DNA of 64,000 nucleotides from Thermodesulfovibrionales bacterium (GTDB lineage: Bacteria > Nitrospirota > Thermodesulfovibrionia > Thermodesulfovibrionales > CALJEL01): NCBI GenBank assembly GCA_026417875.1, contig JAOACK010000005.1, positions 5,062 through 69,061 of the forward strand, in the 5' to 3' direction. The position numbers and the translations under genes are program-made. Numbering within the stretch: position 1 is the first letter of the stretch; each line of letters starts with the position of its first letter. The notes under the pieces were generated by a model, which saw nothing but the letters and a program-made list of their open reading frames with translations, was not told the origin of the DNA and made no database searches. Below are positions 1 through 8,868 of the stretch, one piece after another.

Positions 1-507
1 ATGCGATCTAAGACCCTCTATCTCCACAGTTTCTGGCTCTACCCTTACAGCACTTATAACATACCCCCTTTGAGGTTCACCTGTTAGCTCAGGAATTATT
101 GAAACCCTTTTTACCCTTATCTCATCAAGTCTTATCCTAACACTTGAAGGTTCAATAGATGTTACAGTGAGGGAGGAAGGAATTGAAACATCTTTGCTGC
201 CAAGGTAAATAACATTCATCCCTTTCTTTGCCTTTGAAAGATCTACAGATACCTTTACATCATAGGGTTTCAGATTTTTTATGATCTGTTCAAAGCCCTT
301 AACACCGACTGTCACCTGTGATACACTTTTACTCTCTACGCCAAGCCCTCTGGGTATGTATTTTAATTCAAGGGGTACATTCATTGTAATCTCTGTCTGA
401 CCTTTGATAACAACAAAAAACCATAAAACTATAGCTATAAAAAGGGAGGTAATTTTTAAAATAAGATCTTTTCGGAAAAAATCAAAAAATTTATGAAATT
501 TGCTCAT
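1..507 (-). CDS. cdaR: YbbR/CdaR-like regulator of diadenylate cyclase (N-terminal part; gene runs off the window edge)
   Basis: My own minus-strand translation from the ATG at 507-505 reads MSKFHKFFDFFRKDLILKITSLFIAIVLWFFVVIKGQTEITMNVPLELK... It has one N-terminal TM helix followed by beta-rich sequence. It starts 3 nt after the cdaA stop, which is the conserved cdaA-cdaR arrangement. It is absent from the ORF track because it is open to the window edge. Confidence 0.7.
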   Translation of the reverse strand, partial: MSKFHKFFDFFRKDLILKITSLFIAIVLWFFVVIKGQTEITMNVPLELKYIPRGLGVESKSVSQVTVGVKGFEQIIKNLKPYDVKVSVDLSKAKKGMNVIYLGSKDVSIPSSLTVTSIEPSSVRIRLDEIRVKRVSIIPELTGEPQRGYVISAVRVEPETVEIEGLRSH

Positions 508-510
508 CCC

Positions 511-1272
511 TTACAATTCCTCCTTTTCGGAGAAAAGGTTTGTAAGGATATCCCTTAATGTGCTGAGATCAAGGTTGGTCTTTAACTCACCTCTGATTGC
601 TACAGATATGTGACCTGTTTCCTCTGAAATTATTATCACTACCGCATCCGTTTCCTCACTCAATCCTATTCCAGCACGGTGTCTTGTACCGTACGCCTTA
701 CTTATCTCAGTACCAAGAGCAAGGGGTAGAAAACAGCCAGCAGCCACAACCCTGTTACCCCTTATAATTACAGCGCCATCATGTATGGGTGACGTGGGAT
801 GGAATATGCTTAAAAGTAGCTCTTTTGAGACCTTTGCATCGAGGGGTACGCCTATTTCTACATAATCCCTCAGTGATACCTCCCTTTCGATAACAATAAG
901 GGCACCTATTTTTCTTGAGGCAAGGCTGATAGCCGCTTTGACAATTTCATCAATGGATTTTATCTCCTCAGCTGATGTTAACCCAAATATTGGTGATCTA
1001 CCCATTTGAGCAAGAGCCCTTCTTATCTCTGGCTGAAATATTATTATCAGGGCTATGACTATCTGGCTCCAGAAATTATGAAAAAGCCAGTCAACAGTGT
1101 AAAAGCCAAAGGTTTTGGAAAGTAAAGAAGCTGCAAGGAGAATAACTATCCCTATAACTATCCTTCCTGCCCTGCTTCCGCGCTTAAAAAAGGCAAGAAG
1201 TCTGTAGAGAATGAAAGCGATAATAAGGATGTCAATAAAATCCTGCCACCTTATCTGGTAAAGGGAAAACAT
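511..1272 (-). CDS. cdaA: Diadenylate cyclase CdaA (c-di-AMP synthase), membrane-anchored
   Basis: 253 aa with three N-terminal TM helices followed by a DAC domain. The hallmark motifs HDGAVII and GTRHRAGIGLSEETDA are present. Confidence 0.9.
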   Translation of the reverse strand: MFSLYQIRWQDFIDILIIAFILYRLLAFFKRGSRAGRIVIGIVILLAASLLSKTFGFYTVDWLFHNFWSQIVIALIIIFQPEIRRALAQMGRSPIFGLTSAEEIKSIDEIVKAAISLASRKIGALIVIEREVSLRDYVEIGVPLDAKVSKELLLSIFHPTSPIHDGAVIIRGNRVVAAGCFLPLALGTEISKAYGTRHRAGIGLSEETDAVVIIISEETGHISVAIRGELKTNLDLSTLRDILTNLFSEKEEL

Positions 1273-1362
1273 GTTTTATTATAACCCATGAAAGTCATCT
1301 CTTCAAATTTCCTTCATATTTTTAATGTATTATTAATAAAAACTAATATTAAGGAGGTAAAG

Positions 1363-1746
1363 ATGAAGATAATAACAATCATTTTATCAATGCTTTTACT
1401 TACCGGCATTGCCTTCGGTAAGGACTATGAGGTTAAAAAGACAGTAAATGGCTATGAGGTTGTGGCAAGGATAGATAAAAACCCTCCATCAACTGGAAAG
1501 AATAATATTACAGTCACGATTAAAGAGGCTGGAAAGATTGTTACCGATGCAAAAGTAACAATCAATTACTCCATGCCAGCGATGCCCGGTATGCCACCCA
1601 TGGATTATAAAACTGATGCTTCCCTGAAAGGAAATGAATACGCAGCTACAATGGATCTGAGCATGTCAGGTCCATGGAATATTGCAATAAAGATCAAGAG
1701 AGGAGATAAAACATCAACAATGAAATTCAACATTGATGTAAGATAA
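1363..1746 (+). CDS. Small secreted YtkA/FixH-like protein with a Met-rich motif (putative periplasmic Cu/Ag-binding accessory)
   Basis: I prefer the internal ATG at 1363 (MKIITIILSMLLLTGIAFG signal peptide), which is preceded by AAGGAGG at 1351-1357. The track start at 1288 has no RBS and adds a non-signal extension. The motif MPAMPGMPPM is present. The gene lies immediately upstream of the RND efflux genes. Confidence 0.6.
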   Translation: MKIITIILSMLLLTGIAFGKDYEVKKTVNGYEVVARIDKNPPSTGKNNITVTIKEAGKIVTDAKVTINYSMPAMPGMPPMDYKTDASLKGNEYAATMDLSMSGPWNIAIKIKRGDKTSTMKFNIDVR

Positions 1747-1750
1747 TACT

Positions 1751-3031
1751 GTGAGAGGGGTCCTCATCATCCTTATTCTTTTAGGGATAACTGCTTCATC
1801 AGGGGCAGATGAGGGCCTCTACCCTGTACTTAAATTAGATAGACTCCTTGAGATTGCATCAATGGAAAATCATGAACTCCTGATGGCAAGATCAGGGGTT
1901 GAGATATCTAGGTACCGTATCCAGCAGGCAGGAGCCCTTCCTGATCCAATGATAATGATAGGCTATGAGAATGAGGGATGGTCAAGATACACATACGGCG
2001 AGATGCCAGGTGCCAGATGGATATTCTCTCTATCTCAGACATTTCCTTGGCCGGGCAAGCTTTCCCAAAAAGAACTCTCAGCAGAGAGAGAGGCAGAATC
2101 ATTTAAGGCACTTTATGAAAAAATGAAGCTCAATGTGATTGAAGAGCTGAAGGTTAAATATTATGAACTCCTTCTTGTATATAAGACCATTGATTATATA
2201 GAAGAAAAGAAGGAGCTTCTCAAAAGGCTCGAAGATATAACATCCTCAAGATATTCCTCAGGCATGGCTACACTTTCTGAACTGATCATGGCACAGACAG
2301 AAAAATATATGGCTATGGAACAGGAGATAATGTACAAACAGAAAATAAAATCCCTTGAAGGGATGATAAATTCCCTGATTAATAGAGAGCCATTGAGTCC
2401 TCTTGGAAGGCCCGAAGAGAGATTAACAGAGGAGATAAAACTTGATGAAAATTATCTGATTGATAGGGCAATGGATTCACCTGAAATAAAGGAGATTAAA
2501 TATCTTTTAGAATCAAGACAGTACATATACAAACAAGCAGAGCTGGAATATTATCCAGACCTTACCATCTCAGCACAGGTATCTTTAAAACCTGAACCAT
2601 ATGAAGATATGTGGATGCTTTCACTCTCTTTCAATCTCCCGATATTCTACAGGACAAAACAGAGAAATATGGTTTTAGAGGCAAAGGCAGAGATTGATGA
2701 AAGTTATCATAAACTTGAGGCAGCAAAACAGATGCTAAAGGCGAATATTATTGATACCCTCTCGATGCTCAGGGCATCAGAAGAGCTAATAAGTCTTTAC
2801 AGGGGAGTCTTTATACCAAAGGCTGAACAGGCATTTGAGGCAGCTATCACAGCATACAGAACAGGAAAAATAGAGCTCACAGAGGTAATAAAAGCTCTAA
2901 ATAACCTGATTGATTACAGACTTAATTACTGGAGACAGATTATTGAAAGGGAAAAGTTACTTTCAAGGATTGAAAGACTCTGTGGAGGAAAGATAAATGA
3001 AAAACCCCAGAGCAGTAATGAAAAGGATTAA
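1751..3031 (+). CDS. TolC-family outer membrane efflux protein (CusC/CzcC-like)
   Basis: 426 aa with a GTG start, a signal peptide and two long coiled-coil/beta repeats typical of outer membrane factor proteins. It is the first gene of a three-gene RND set. Confidence 0.85.
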   Translation: MRGVLIILILLGITASSGADEGLYPVLKLDRLLEIASMENHELLMARSGVEISRYRIQQAGALPDPMIMIGYENEGWSRYTYGEMPGARWIFSLSQTFPWPGKLSQKELSAEREAESFKALYEKMKLNVIEELKVKYYELLLVYKTIDYIEEKKELLKRLEDITSSRYSSGMATLSELIMAQTEKYMAMEQEIMYKQKIKSLEGMINSLINREPLSPLGRPEERLTEEIKLDENYLIDRAMDSPEIKEIKYLLESRQYIYKQAELEYYPDLTISAQVSLKPEPYEDMWMLSLSFNLPIFYRTKQRNMVLEAKAEIDESYHKLEAAKQMLKANIIDTLSMLRASEELISLYRGVFIPKAEQAFEAAITAYRTGKIELTEVIKALNNLIDYRLNYWRQIIEREKLLSRIERLCGGKINEKPQSSNEKD

Positions 3032-4112
3032 GGTAGGGATTTTAAAATTTATATTCATCTATCTACTGATATCTCTCTATCCTCATAACCTCTCAGAAGC
3101 TCAGGAACCACTTGTGGAGGTAACCCTTGAGCAACAAAGGATAGTAGGTATCAAAACATCAAAAGTAGCCTATATTGATATGAAACGGACCATAAAAACT
3201 GCTGGAATTGTCCAGTTTGACGAATCCCTTACCTCAACCATAAATATAAAGATAGAGGGCTGGATCGAGAAACTTCATGTGAATACAACAGGAAGATATA
3301 TAAATAAAGGAGAGCCACTTGCAGAGATATACAGTCCTGAACTCCTATCAGCTCAGGAAGAACTCCTCAGTGCCTTGAGGCTTTTGAAGAAGGCGCAGGA
3401 GAAAGGTTCTGAACTTCTCATAAATGATGCCAGAAAGATATATGAAGCAGCAAGACAGAGGCTTCTTTACTGGGACATCCCACAGGAAAAGATAGAAGAT
3501 ATAGAGAAAAATAACAGACCCTTAAGAACACTTACTATCCTAAGTCCTCAAAAGGGTTATGTAATTCAGAAATATGCTGTAGAGGGTATGAGGGTAATGC
3601 CAGGAGAAAGGCTTTTTGACATAGCAGACCTTGAACGTGTATGGATAATTGCAGATGTATATGAAGCTGATATAGCCTTATTACAATCCCTTAAGTCAGC
3701 AGAGATAAGATTAAGCCATATTCCATCAAGGGTATACAGGGCTCCTGTTGATTATATCTATCCTGTGGTTAATGAGAGTACAAGGACATTAAAGGTTAGA
3801 TTTCTTCTTCCAAATCAGGGGCATCTCCTTAGACCTGGCATGTTTACAGATATTTTAATAAAAACAAACCTTGGCAGGAGGCTTGCCATTCCAGAAGATG
3901 CAGTGATCGATACTGGTTTAAGAACCATTGTATATGTTCGTAAATCTGATGAAGAATTCGAACCGAGAGAAATTCTTACAGGACTAAGTGCAGACGGAAT
4001 GCGAGAGGTTATAAGGGGTCTTAAACCAGGCGAAGAGGTAGTGAGCCAGGCAACATTTCTGATTGACTCTGAGGCCAGACTTAAGGGAATAAAACCGCTT
4101 CCATTGAAATAA
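2997..4112 (+). CDS. RND efflux periplasmic adaptor (CusB/CzcB-like membrane fusion protein)
   Basis: 371 aa with an N-terminal anchor and HlyD/MFP-type lipoyl, hairpin and beta-barrel sequence (YSPELLSAQEELL..., RTLTILSPQKGYV). It overlaps the preceding gene. An alternative start at 3018 is possible. Confidence 0.85.
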   Translation: MKNPRAVMKRIKVGILKFIFIYLLISLYPHNLSEAQEPLVEVTLEQQRIVGIKTSKVAYIDMKRTIKTAGIVQFDESLTSTINIKIEGWIEKLHVNTTGRYINKGEPLAEIYSPELLSAQEELLSALRLLKKAQEKGSELLINDARKIYEAARQRLLYWDIPQEKIEDIEKNNRPLRTLTILSPQKGYVIQKYAVEGMRVMPGERLFDIADLERVWIIADVYEADIALLQSLKSAEIRLSHIPSRVYRAPVDYIYPVVNESTRTLKVRFLLPNQGHLLRPGMFTDILIKTNLGRRLAIPEDAVIDTGLRTIVYVRKSDEEFEPREILTGLSADGMREVIRGLKPGEEVVSQATFLIDSEARLKGIKPLPLK

Positions 4113-4118
4113 ACTATT

Positions 4119-7100
4119 ATGATTGCTAAACTTATAGAGTTCAGCTCCCGTAACAGATTTTTTATATTCCTGCTTACAGGAATGCTTGTTGCCTGGGGAT
4201 ACTGGGCATTAAAGCACACACCGCTTGATGCAATACCAGACCTGAGCGACACACAGGTAATCATCTATACTGAATGGCCTGGAAGGAGCCCTGACCTTGT
4301 AGAAAACCAGATAACCTATCCTATATCCTCCACACTTCTTGCAGCACCAGAGGTGAATGTAGTAAGAGGATTCTCTTTCCTGGGAAGTTCCTTTGTCTAT
4401 GTAATATTTAAAGAAGGCACAGACATATACTGGGCCCGAAGCAGGGTTCTTGAGTATCTACAGTCTGTAAGGACAAAGCTTCCCCAGGATGTATCTCCTG
4501 TGCTTGGTCCTGATGCTACAAGTCTTGGATGGGGATTCAGCTATGCAGTTGTTGATGAAAAAGGAAAGATGAATCTTGCAGAGCTCCGCTCACTCCAGGA
4601 CTGGCATATAAAACTTGCCCTTGAGAGTGTACCGGGCGTATCTCAGGTAGCAAGTGTTGGTGGATTTGTAAAGCAATATCAGGTGATAGTTGATCCTATA
4701 AGACTGAGGTCCTATGGGCTCACTCTAATGGATATCATGAATGCCATTAAGGCATCAAATATTGATGTGGAAGGAAGGGTACTTGAACTGAGTGGAGCAG
4801 AATACATGATTAGGGGCAGAGGATACATAAAGAATCTTCAGGATATAAAAAATACTGTCCTAAGGTCAGAAAAAGGAGTGCCTGTCTTGCTGAGAGATGT
4901 TGCAAGAATAGAACTGGGACCTGAGATAAGGAGGGGGATAGCAGAGCTCAATGGCCAAGGAGAGGTTGTTGGTGGCATAGTTATTGTAAGATTCGGTGAG
5001 AATGTCCTTAATGTCATTGAAAGGGTAAAGGAAAAGATAAAAACCGAGATAGAACCATCCCTGCCAGAAGGGGTAAAGATTATTGTTACCTATGACAGGT
5101 CTGATCTCATTTATAGAGCAGTTGATACACTAAGGGAAGAGATAATAAAACTCGCAGTGGCAGTAAGTGCCGTCTGCCTTGTATTTCTGCTTCATCTACC
5201 AAGCGCCTTAGTAATAATACTTACACTGCCTGTAGCAATAATAGCCTCCTTCATACTAATACATCAATTTAATGTCACCTCAAATATAATGAGCCTTAGC
5301 GGCATCGCGATAGCAATCGGCGCCATGGTTGATGCATCAATAATAATGGTAGAAAATGCCCACAAGAAGTTAGAGGAAATAAATAAAGTAGGATTCCATC
5401 ATAACAATGCAACATCTTACAGGATAAATGTGATAATAGAGGCTGCGAAAGAGGTGGGACCTTCCTTATTCTTCTCGCTCCTTGTAATCACAGTTGGATT
5501 CCTCCCTGTCTTCACACTTGAAGCGCAGGCAGGAAGGCTCTTCAAACCACTTGCCTTTACAAAGACCTTTGCCATGCTCTTTGCCTCATTTCTTGCAGTC
5601 ACACTCACACCAGCACTCATGACCTTATTTATCAGGGGAAAGGTTTTATCTGAAGAAAAAAACCCAGTAAGTATAATCCTTCATAAAATCTTTGAACCTC
5701 TTGTGAGACTGGCATTGAGATTTAAATACCTCGTAATAGCAGGTGCCATAATAATAATGGCTTTAACTTATATACCTATTGCAAAACTTGGAACAGAATT
5801 CATGCCACCCCTTTATGAGGGTACCCTTTTTTACATGCCTGTTACAGCACCTGGACTTTCAGCAGCAGAATCAGCAAGACTCCTCCAGATACAGGACAGG
5901 ATTATAAAATCCATACCAGAGGTTGAGCTTGTTTTTGGAAAGGCTGGCAGGGCAGAAACAGCAACAGACCCTGCACCACTTGAGATGTTTGAGACAGTGA
6001 TAAATCTAAAACCTGAATCGCAATGGCGTGAGGGCATGAATGTAGAAAAACTCAAGGACGAACTGAATGAAAAACTCTCCATTCCTGGTGTTGCCAATTC
6101 CTTTACAATGCCCATAAAGGCAAGGATAGATATGCTTGCAACAGGCATAAGAACACCAGCAGGTATAAAAATACTTGGACCCGACATTGAGACCATAGAA
6201 AAAATAGGCATTGAGATTGAAGATGCAATAAAAGATATTCCTGGTACAAGAAGTGTGTATGCAGAAAGGGTCAATACAGGTTACTTTATTGACATAAAAC
6301 CCAGAAGAGAGGTTATCGCAAGGTATGGATTAAGTATAGAAGAGGTCAACACCTTTGTCCAGACAGCCATTGGAGGTATGAATATCACAACCACTGTTGA
6401 GGGAAGAGAGCGTTATCCTGTAAATATAAGATATCCGAGAGAGCTAAGAGATAGCATTGAGAAACTGAAATCCCTTCCTGTACCTCTTAGCCCTGCAGGG
6501 TCAGAAAAAAACACTATGGACCCTTCAACATTTCAACAAACCTTTATTACATTAGGACAGCTTGCAGATATAGAGGTAAAGCCGGGACCTACCATGATTA
6601 AATCAGAGGAGGGACTCCTTGCTGCCTATGTTTATATAGACTTTTCAAGTAAGGATATTGGAGGATATATTGAGGAGGTTAAAAAACGTATAAGAGAAAA
6701 GATAAAGATCCCACCTGGTTACAGACTTCAGTACAGTGGAGAATATGAATACATGCTAAGGACTCATGAAAGGCTTAAGCTGGTAATTCCCCTTACTATA
6801 TTCATAATCTTTGTCCTCATTTATCTAAATACTCGTTCTGTTACAAAGACATTTATTGTTCTTCTTGCTGTACCTTTCTCACTTGTTGGTTCATTCTGGT
6901 TTCTTCATCTCCTTGGATACAATCTTTCAACTGCAGTATGGGTTGGCCTCATTGCCCTTGCTGGACTTGATGCGGAAACAGGTGTTGTTATGCTTCTTTA
7001 TCTGGAGCTTGCCTATCAGAAATGGGTTAAAGAAGGCAGGCTCAAGACTATAGCTGACCTAAGAGATGCAATTATGTATGGTGCTGTAAAAAGGATCAGA

Positions 7101-7313
7101 CCGAAAATAATGACTGTCAGTGTAATACTTGCGGGTCTCATACCCATAATGTTCAGCCAGGGCACAGGCTCAGACGTAATGAAAAGGATCGCAGCACCAA
7201 TGATAGGCGGGGTAATAACATCAACAATCCTGGAGCTGATAATTTACCCTGTAATTTACATGCTCATAAAAAAGAGAGCTCTGAATAATTCTACCCCTTC
7301 AGCCTCTTTGTGA
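4119..7313 (+). CDS. cusA: CusA/CzcA-family heavy-metal efflux RND transporter
   Basis: 1064 aa with a 12-TM RND architecture and two large periplasmic loops. The N-terminus MIAKLIEFSSRNRFFIFLLTG...DAIPDLSDTQVIIYTEWPGRSP is characteristic of the HME-RND family. Confidence 0.92.
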   Translation: MIAKLIEFSSRNRFFIFLLTGMLVAWGYWALKHTPLDAIPDLSDTQVIIYTEWPGRSPDLVENQITYPISSTLLAAPEVNVVRGFSFLGSSFVYVIFKEGTDIYWARSRVLEYLQSVRTKLPQDVSPVLGPDATSLGWGFSYAVVDEKGKMNLAELRSLQDWHIKLALESVPGVSQVASVGGFVKQYQVIVDPIRLRSYGLTLMDIMNAIKASNIDVEGRVLELSGAEYMIRGRGYIKNLQDIKNTVLRSEKGVPVLLRDVARIELGPEIRRGIAELNGQGEVVGGIVIVRFGENVLNVIERVKEKIKTEIEPSLPEGVKIIVTYDRSDLIYRAVDTLREEIIKLAVAVSAVCLVFLLHLPSALVIILTLPVAIIASFILIHQFNVTSNIMSLSGIAIAIGAMVDASIIMVENAHKKLEEINKVGFHHNNATSYRINVIIEAAKEVGPSLFFSLLVITVGFLPVFTLEAQAGRLFKPLAFTKTFAMLFASFLAVTLTPALMTLFIRGKVLSEEKNPVSIILHKIFEPLVRLALRFKYLVIAGAIIIMALTYIPIAKLGTEFMPPLYEGTLFYMPVTAPGLSAAESARLLQIQDRIIKSIPEVELVFGKAGRAETATDPAPLEMFETVINLKPESQWREGMNVEKLKDELNEKLSIPGVANSFTMPIKARIDMLATGIRTPAGIKILGPDIETIEKIGIEIEDAIKDIPGTRSVYAERVNTGYFIDIKPRREVIARYGLSIEEVNTFVQTAIGGMNITTTVEGRERYPVNIRYPRELRDSIEKLKSLPVPLSPAGSEKNTMDPSTFQQTFITLGQLADIEVKPGPTMIKSEEGLLAAYVYIDFSSKDIGGYIEEVKKRIREKIKIPPGYRLQYSGEYEYMLRTHERLKLVIPLTIFIIFVLIYLNTRSVTKTFIVLLAVPFSLVGSFWFLHLLGYNLSTAVWVGLIALAGLDAETGVVMLLYLELAYQKWVKEGRLKTIADLRDAIMYGAVKRIRPKIMTVSVILAGLIPIMFSQGTGSDVMKRIAAPMIGGVITSTILELIIYPVIYMLIKKRALNNSTPSASL

Positions 7314-7744
7314 GTATCTCAAGATCAAGTTCATCCTGTTTTCTCCCTGTAGCCCTTTTATTCTTTATAAGTTCATTAAGCCCTATAAAATATACCTCTG
7401 TATCTCCGTATCTACCTATAGCTCTGTTTTTTCCAGACCTCCTCAAATGTGCACCCATCAATAGATGTCACTATATCAATCCTCACAGGCTCATAACCAA
7501 GCTGAATAATTATTCCAGAGCTCATAAAATCCTTCTCGGTGAGGCCTGTGAAACCGAATTCTTTTATTGCCCTTACCAGTCTTAAAGCATTCTCTTCAGT
7601 TGGTTCTATTAATATATCCATATCCTTGGTATACCTGGCAATAGCATGATAAGCCACTGCATAAGCACCCACTATACAGTATCTGACATCATGTTTTTTT
7701 AACAATCTTAAAAACTCTTCGTAATCCTTCTCTACCCTTTCCAT
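7291..7744 (-). pseudogene. Minimal nucleotidyltransferase-fold protein (copy 2), frame broken at about 7411
   Basis: The 110-aa ORF 7412-7744 carries a G-x(n)-DxD Pol-beta-like motif (CIVGAYAVAYHAIARYTKDMDILIEP) and stops at TAG 7412-7414. One nt downstream, another frame continues: YGDTEVYFIGLNELIKNKRATGRKQDELDLEILTKRLKG* (7410-7291). This aligns in style with the C-terminus of the paralogue at 8244-8723 (IPSIDDLIKLKQLGELRPKDLEDIEYL). The tail overlaps the convergent cusA 3' end by 23 nt. Confidence 0.55.
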
Positions 7745-7889
7745 AACCCTTCAGCTTATAAAAGACCTCCCTGAGATACTCCATGGTCTCAAGTCTCTCC
7801 TCTGGAGTCATATTAAGATGATAATTTATGTCTGCCTCTGAAGCATCCTTAAAAGAATTGAATCTCTTTATCCAGATCTTTTCTCTCAT
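7689..7889 (-). CDS. Small hypothetical protein, upstream partner of nucleotidyltransferase copy 2
   Basis: 66 aa (MREKIWIKRFNSFKDASEADINYHLNMTPEERLETMEYL...). It starts 2 nt after the stop of the CMD gene and overlaps the NTase start. It occupies the same position as the 52-aa ORF at 8710-8868. Confidence 0.45.
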   Translation of the reverse strand: MREKIWIKRFNSFKDASEADINYHLNMTPEERLETMEYLREVFYKLKGYGKGREGLRRVFKIVKKT

Positions 7890-7891
7890 TT

Positions 7892-8206
7892 CTAAAGTAT
7901 ATCATCAACCCAGCTCAGGGCTGCAGATACATTTGGAAAACCAATTGTACTTATTAAAAGTAGAAGCGAATGCCTTATCTCCTCAGGTTTGGCACCTGCC
8001 TCAAGGGCCCTCCTTGTATGGCTGTGAACAGCGCCCTCAGACTTTATTGCAGCTGCAGCAGCAAGCTGAATAAGATGAGCTGTTTTCTCATCAACTGGAC
8101 CTGCATTCTTAATGCTCTTTGCAAGACTATCAAGACTCTCCATTACCTCAGGATATCTCTTTCTGAGTTTAAGATACTGTTTCGGGAGGGCTTTCTGCTT
8201 CTTCAT
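7892..8206 (-). CDS. Carboxymuconolactone decarboxylase (AhpD-like) family protein
   Basis: The core reads LDEKTAHLIQLAAAAAIKSEGAVHSHTRRALEAGAKPEEIRHSLLL, typical of the CMD/AhpD fold. I prefer the start MKKQKALP at 8206, preceded by AAGGGGG, over the track start at 8251. Confidence 0.7.
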   Translation of the reverse strand: MKKQKALPKQYLKLRKRYPEVMESLDSLAKSIKNAGPVDEKTAHLIQLAAAAAIKSEGAVHSHTRRALEAGAKPEEIRHSLLLLISTIGFPNVSAALSWVDDIL

Positions 8207-8243
8207 ATAAAACCCCCTTAATAAAGATAAGATACCAAAGGTA

Positions 8244-8723
8244 TCATACAATTTCCTTCAGTTTTTTAAGATACTCTATATCCTCAAGGTCTTTTGGTCT
8301 CAATTCACCAAGTTGTTTTAACTTTATCAAATCATCTATAGAAGGTATCCTTACATAAAAATCAGAATCAGGATCTTTTTTGACCACTGATCTTTCATAA
8401 ACTTTATCAAAATCTAAAGAGATTCCGATAGAAGGTTTATCAAAGGCCTTTACGAAGAATACATCTATTTTATTACCTTCATCGTCAGAAAAAGAATCCA
8501 CAGGTCTTTTATCTTCAGAAGAATATTTACCGCTCAGGCAAAGCCTTTCCAGTAACCTGTAAACAGAGAAACGGTCTTCAGGATCAATCCAGAAATCGTA
8601 ATCAAAAGAAAAAAGAGGCGCACCATACTGAACAACAGCCTGTCTTCCAATAAGAATGTATCTGATGCCCTCTCTGTTAAAGGCCTTAATAATCTCAAGG
8701 GGATCAAATTCAGGTCTTCTCAT
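8244..8723 (-). CDS. Minimal nucleotidyltransferase-fold protein (copy 1)
   Basis: 159 aa. IRYILIGRQAVVQYGAPLFSFDYDFWIDP matches the Gly ... DxD signature of Pol-beta-type NTases. It is a paralogue of the gene at 7291-7744. Confidence 0.6.
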   Translation of the reverse strand: MRRPEFDPLEIIKAFNREGIRYILIGRQAVVQYGAPLFSFDYDFWIDPEDRFSVYRLLERLCLSGKYSSEDKRPVDSFSDDEGNKIDVFFVKAFDKPSIGISLDFDKVYERSVVKKDPDSDFYVRIPSIDDLIKLKQLGELRPKDLEDIEYLKKLKEIV

Positions 8724-8868
8724 CCCTCTTTATTTCCTTAAGTTTTCTAAAATAGGATAATCTTTTTTTTGCCTTCTCCACGTATCTTATCTTCTCTGAA
8801 GGAGTAAGTTTACTGAAGACCCTTATGTTTTCGATTATCTCATCCTCTCTTTTAAGTTTTATCTCCAT
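8710..8868 (-). CDS. Small hypothetical protein (52 aa), upstream partner of nucleotidyltransferase copy 1
   Basis: My own translation: MEIKLKREDEIIENIRVFSKLTPSEKIRYVEKAKKRLSYFRKLKEIKRDEKT*. Its ATG (8868-8866) shares one nt with the TGA (8870-8868) of the eRF1-like gene. Its 3' end overlaps the NTase start by 14 nt. It falls below the ORF-track length cutoff. Confidence 0.4.
   Translation of the reverse strand: MEIKLKREDEIIENIRVFSKLTPSEKIRYVEKAKKRLSYFRKLKEIKRDEKT

Noticed and set aside
1288-1362. Track start at 1288 for the YtkA-like gene, and track start at 18342 for pilY1
   Set aside because: Both extensions lack an RBS and precede an internal ATG with a strong AAGGAGG and a proper signal peptide. 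The pilY1 extension also swallows the sigma-54 promoter.
3815-6274. Several 60-150-aa minus-strand ORFs inside cusB and cusA (3815-4264, 5417-5620, 5831-6274)
   Set aside because: They are antisense to strongly supported RND genes, Ser/Pro-rich, and have no RBS or family resemblance.
7310-7585. 91-aa plus-strand ORF downstream of cusA
   Set aside because: It overlaps the minus-strand nucleotidyltransferase gene, which has a recognisable fold signature. The plus-strand product is Ser/Leu/Pro-rich with no start context.
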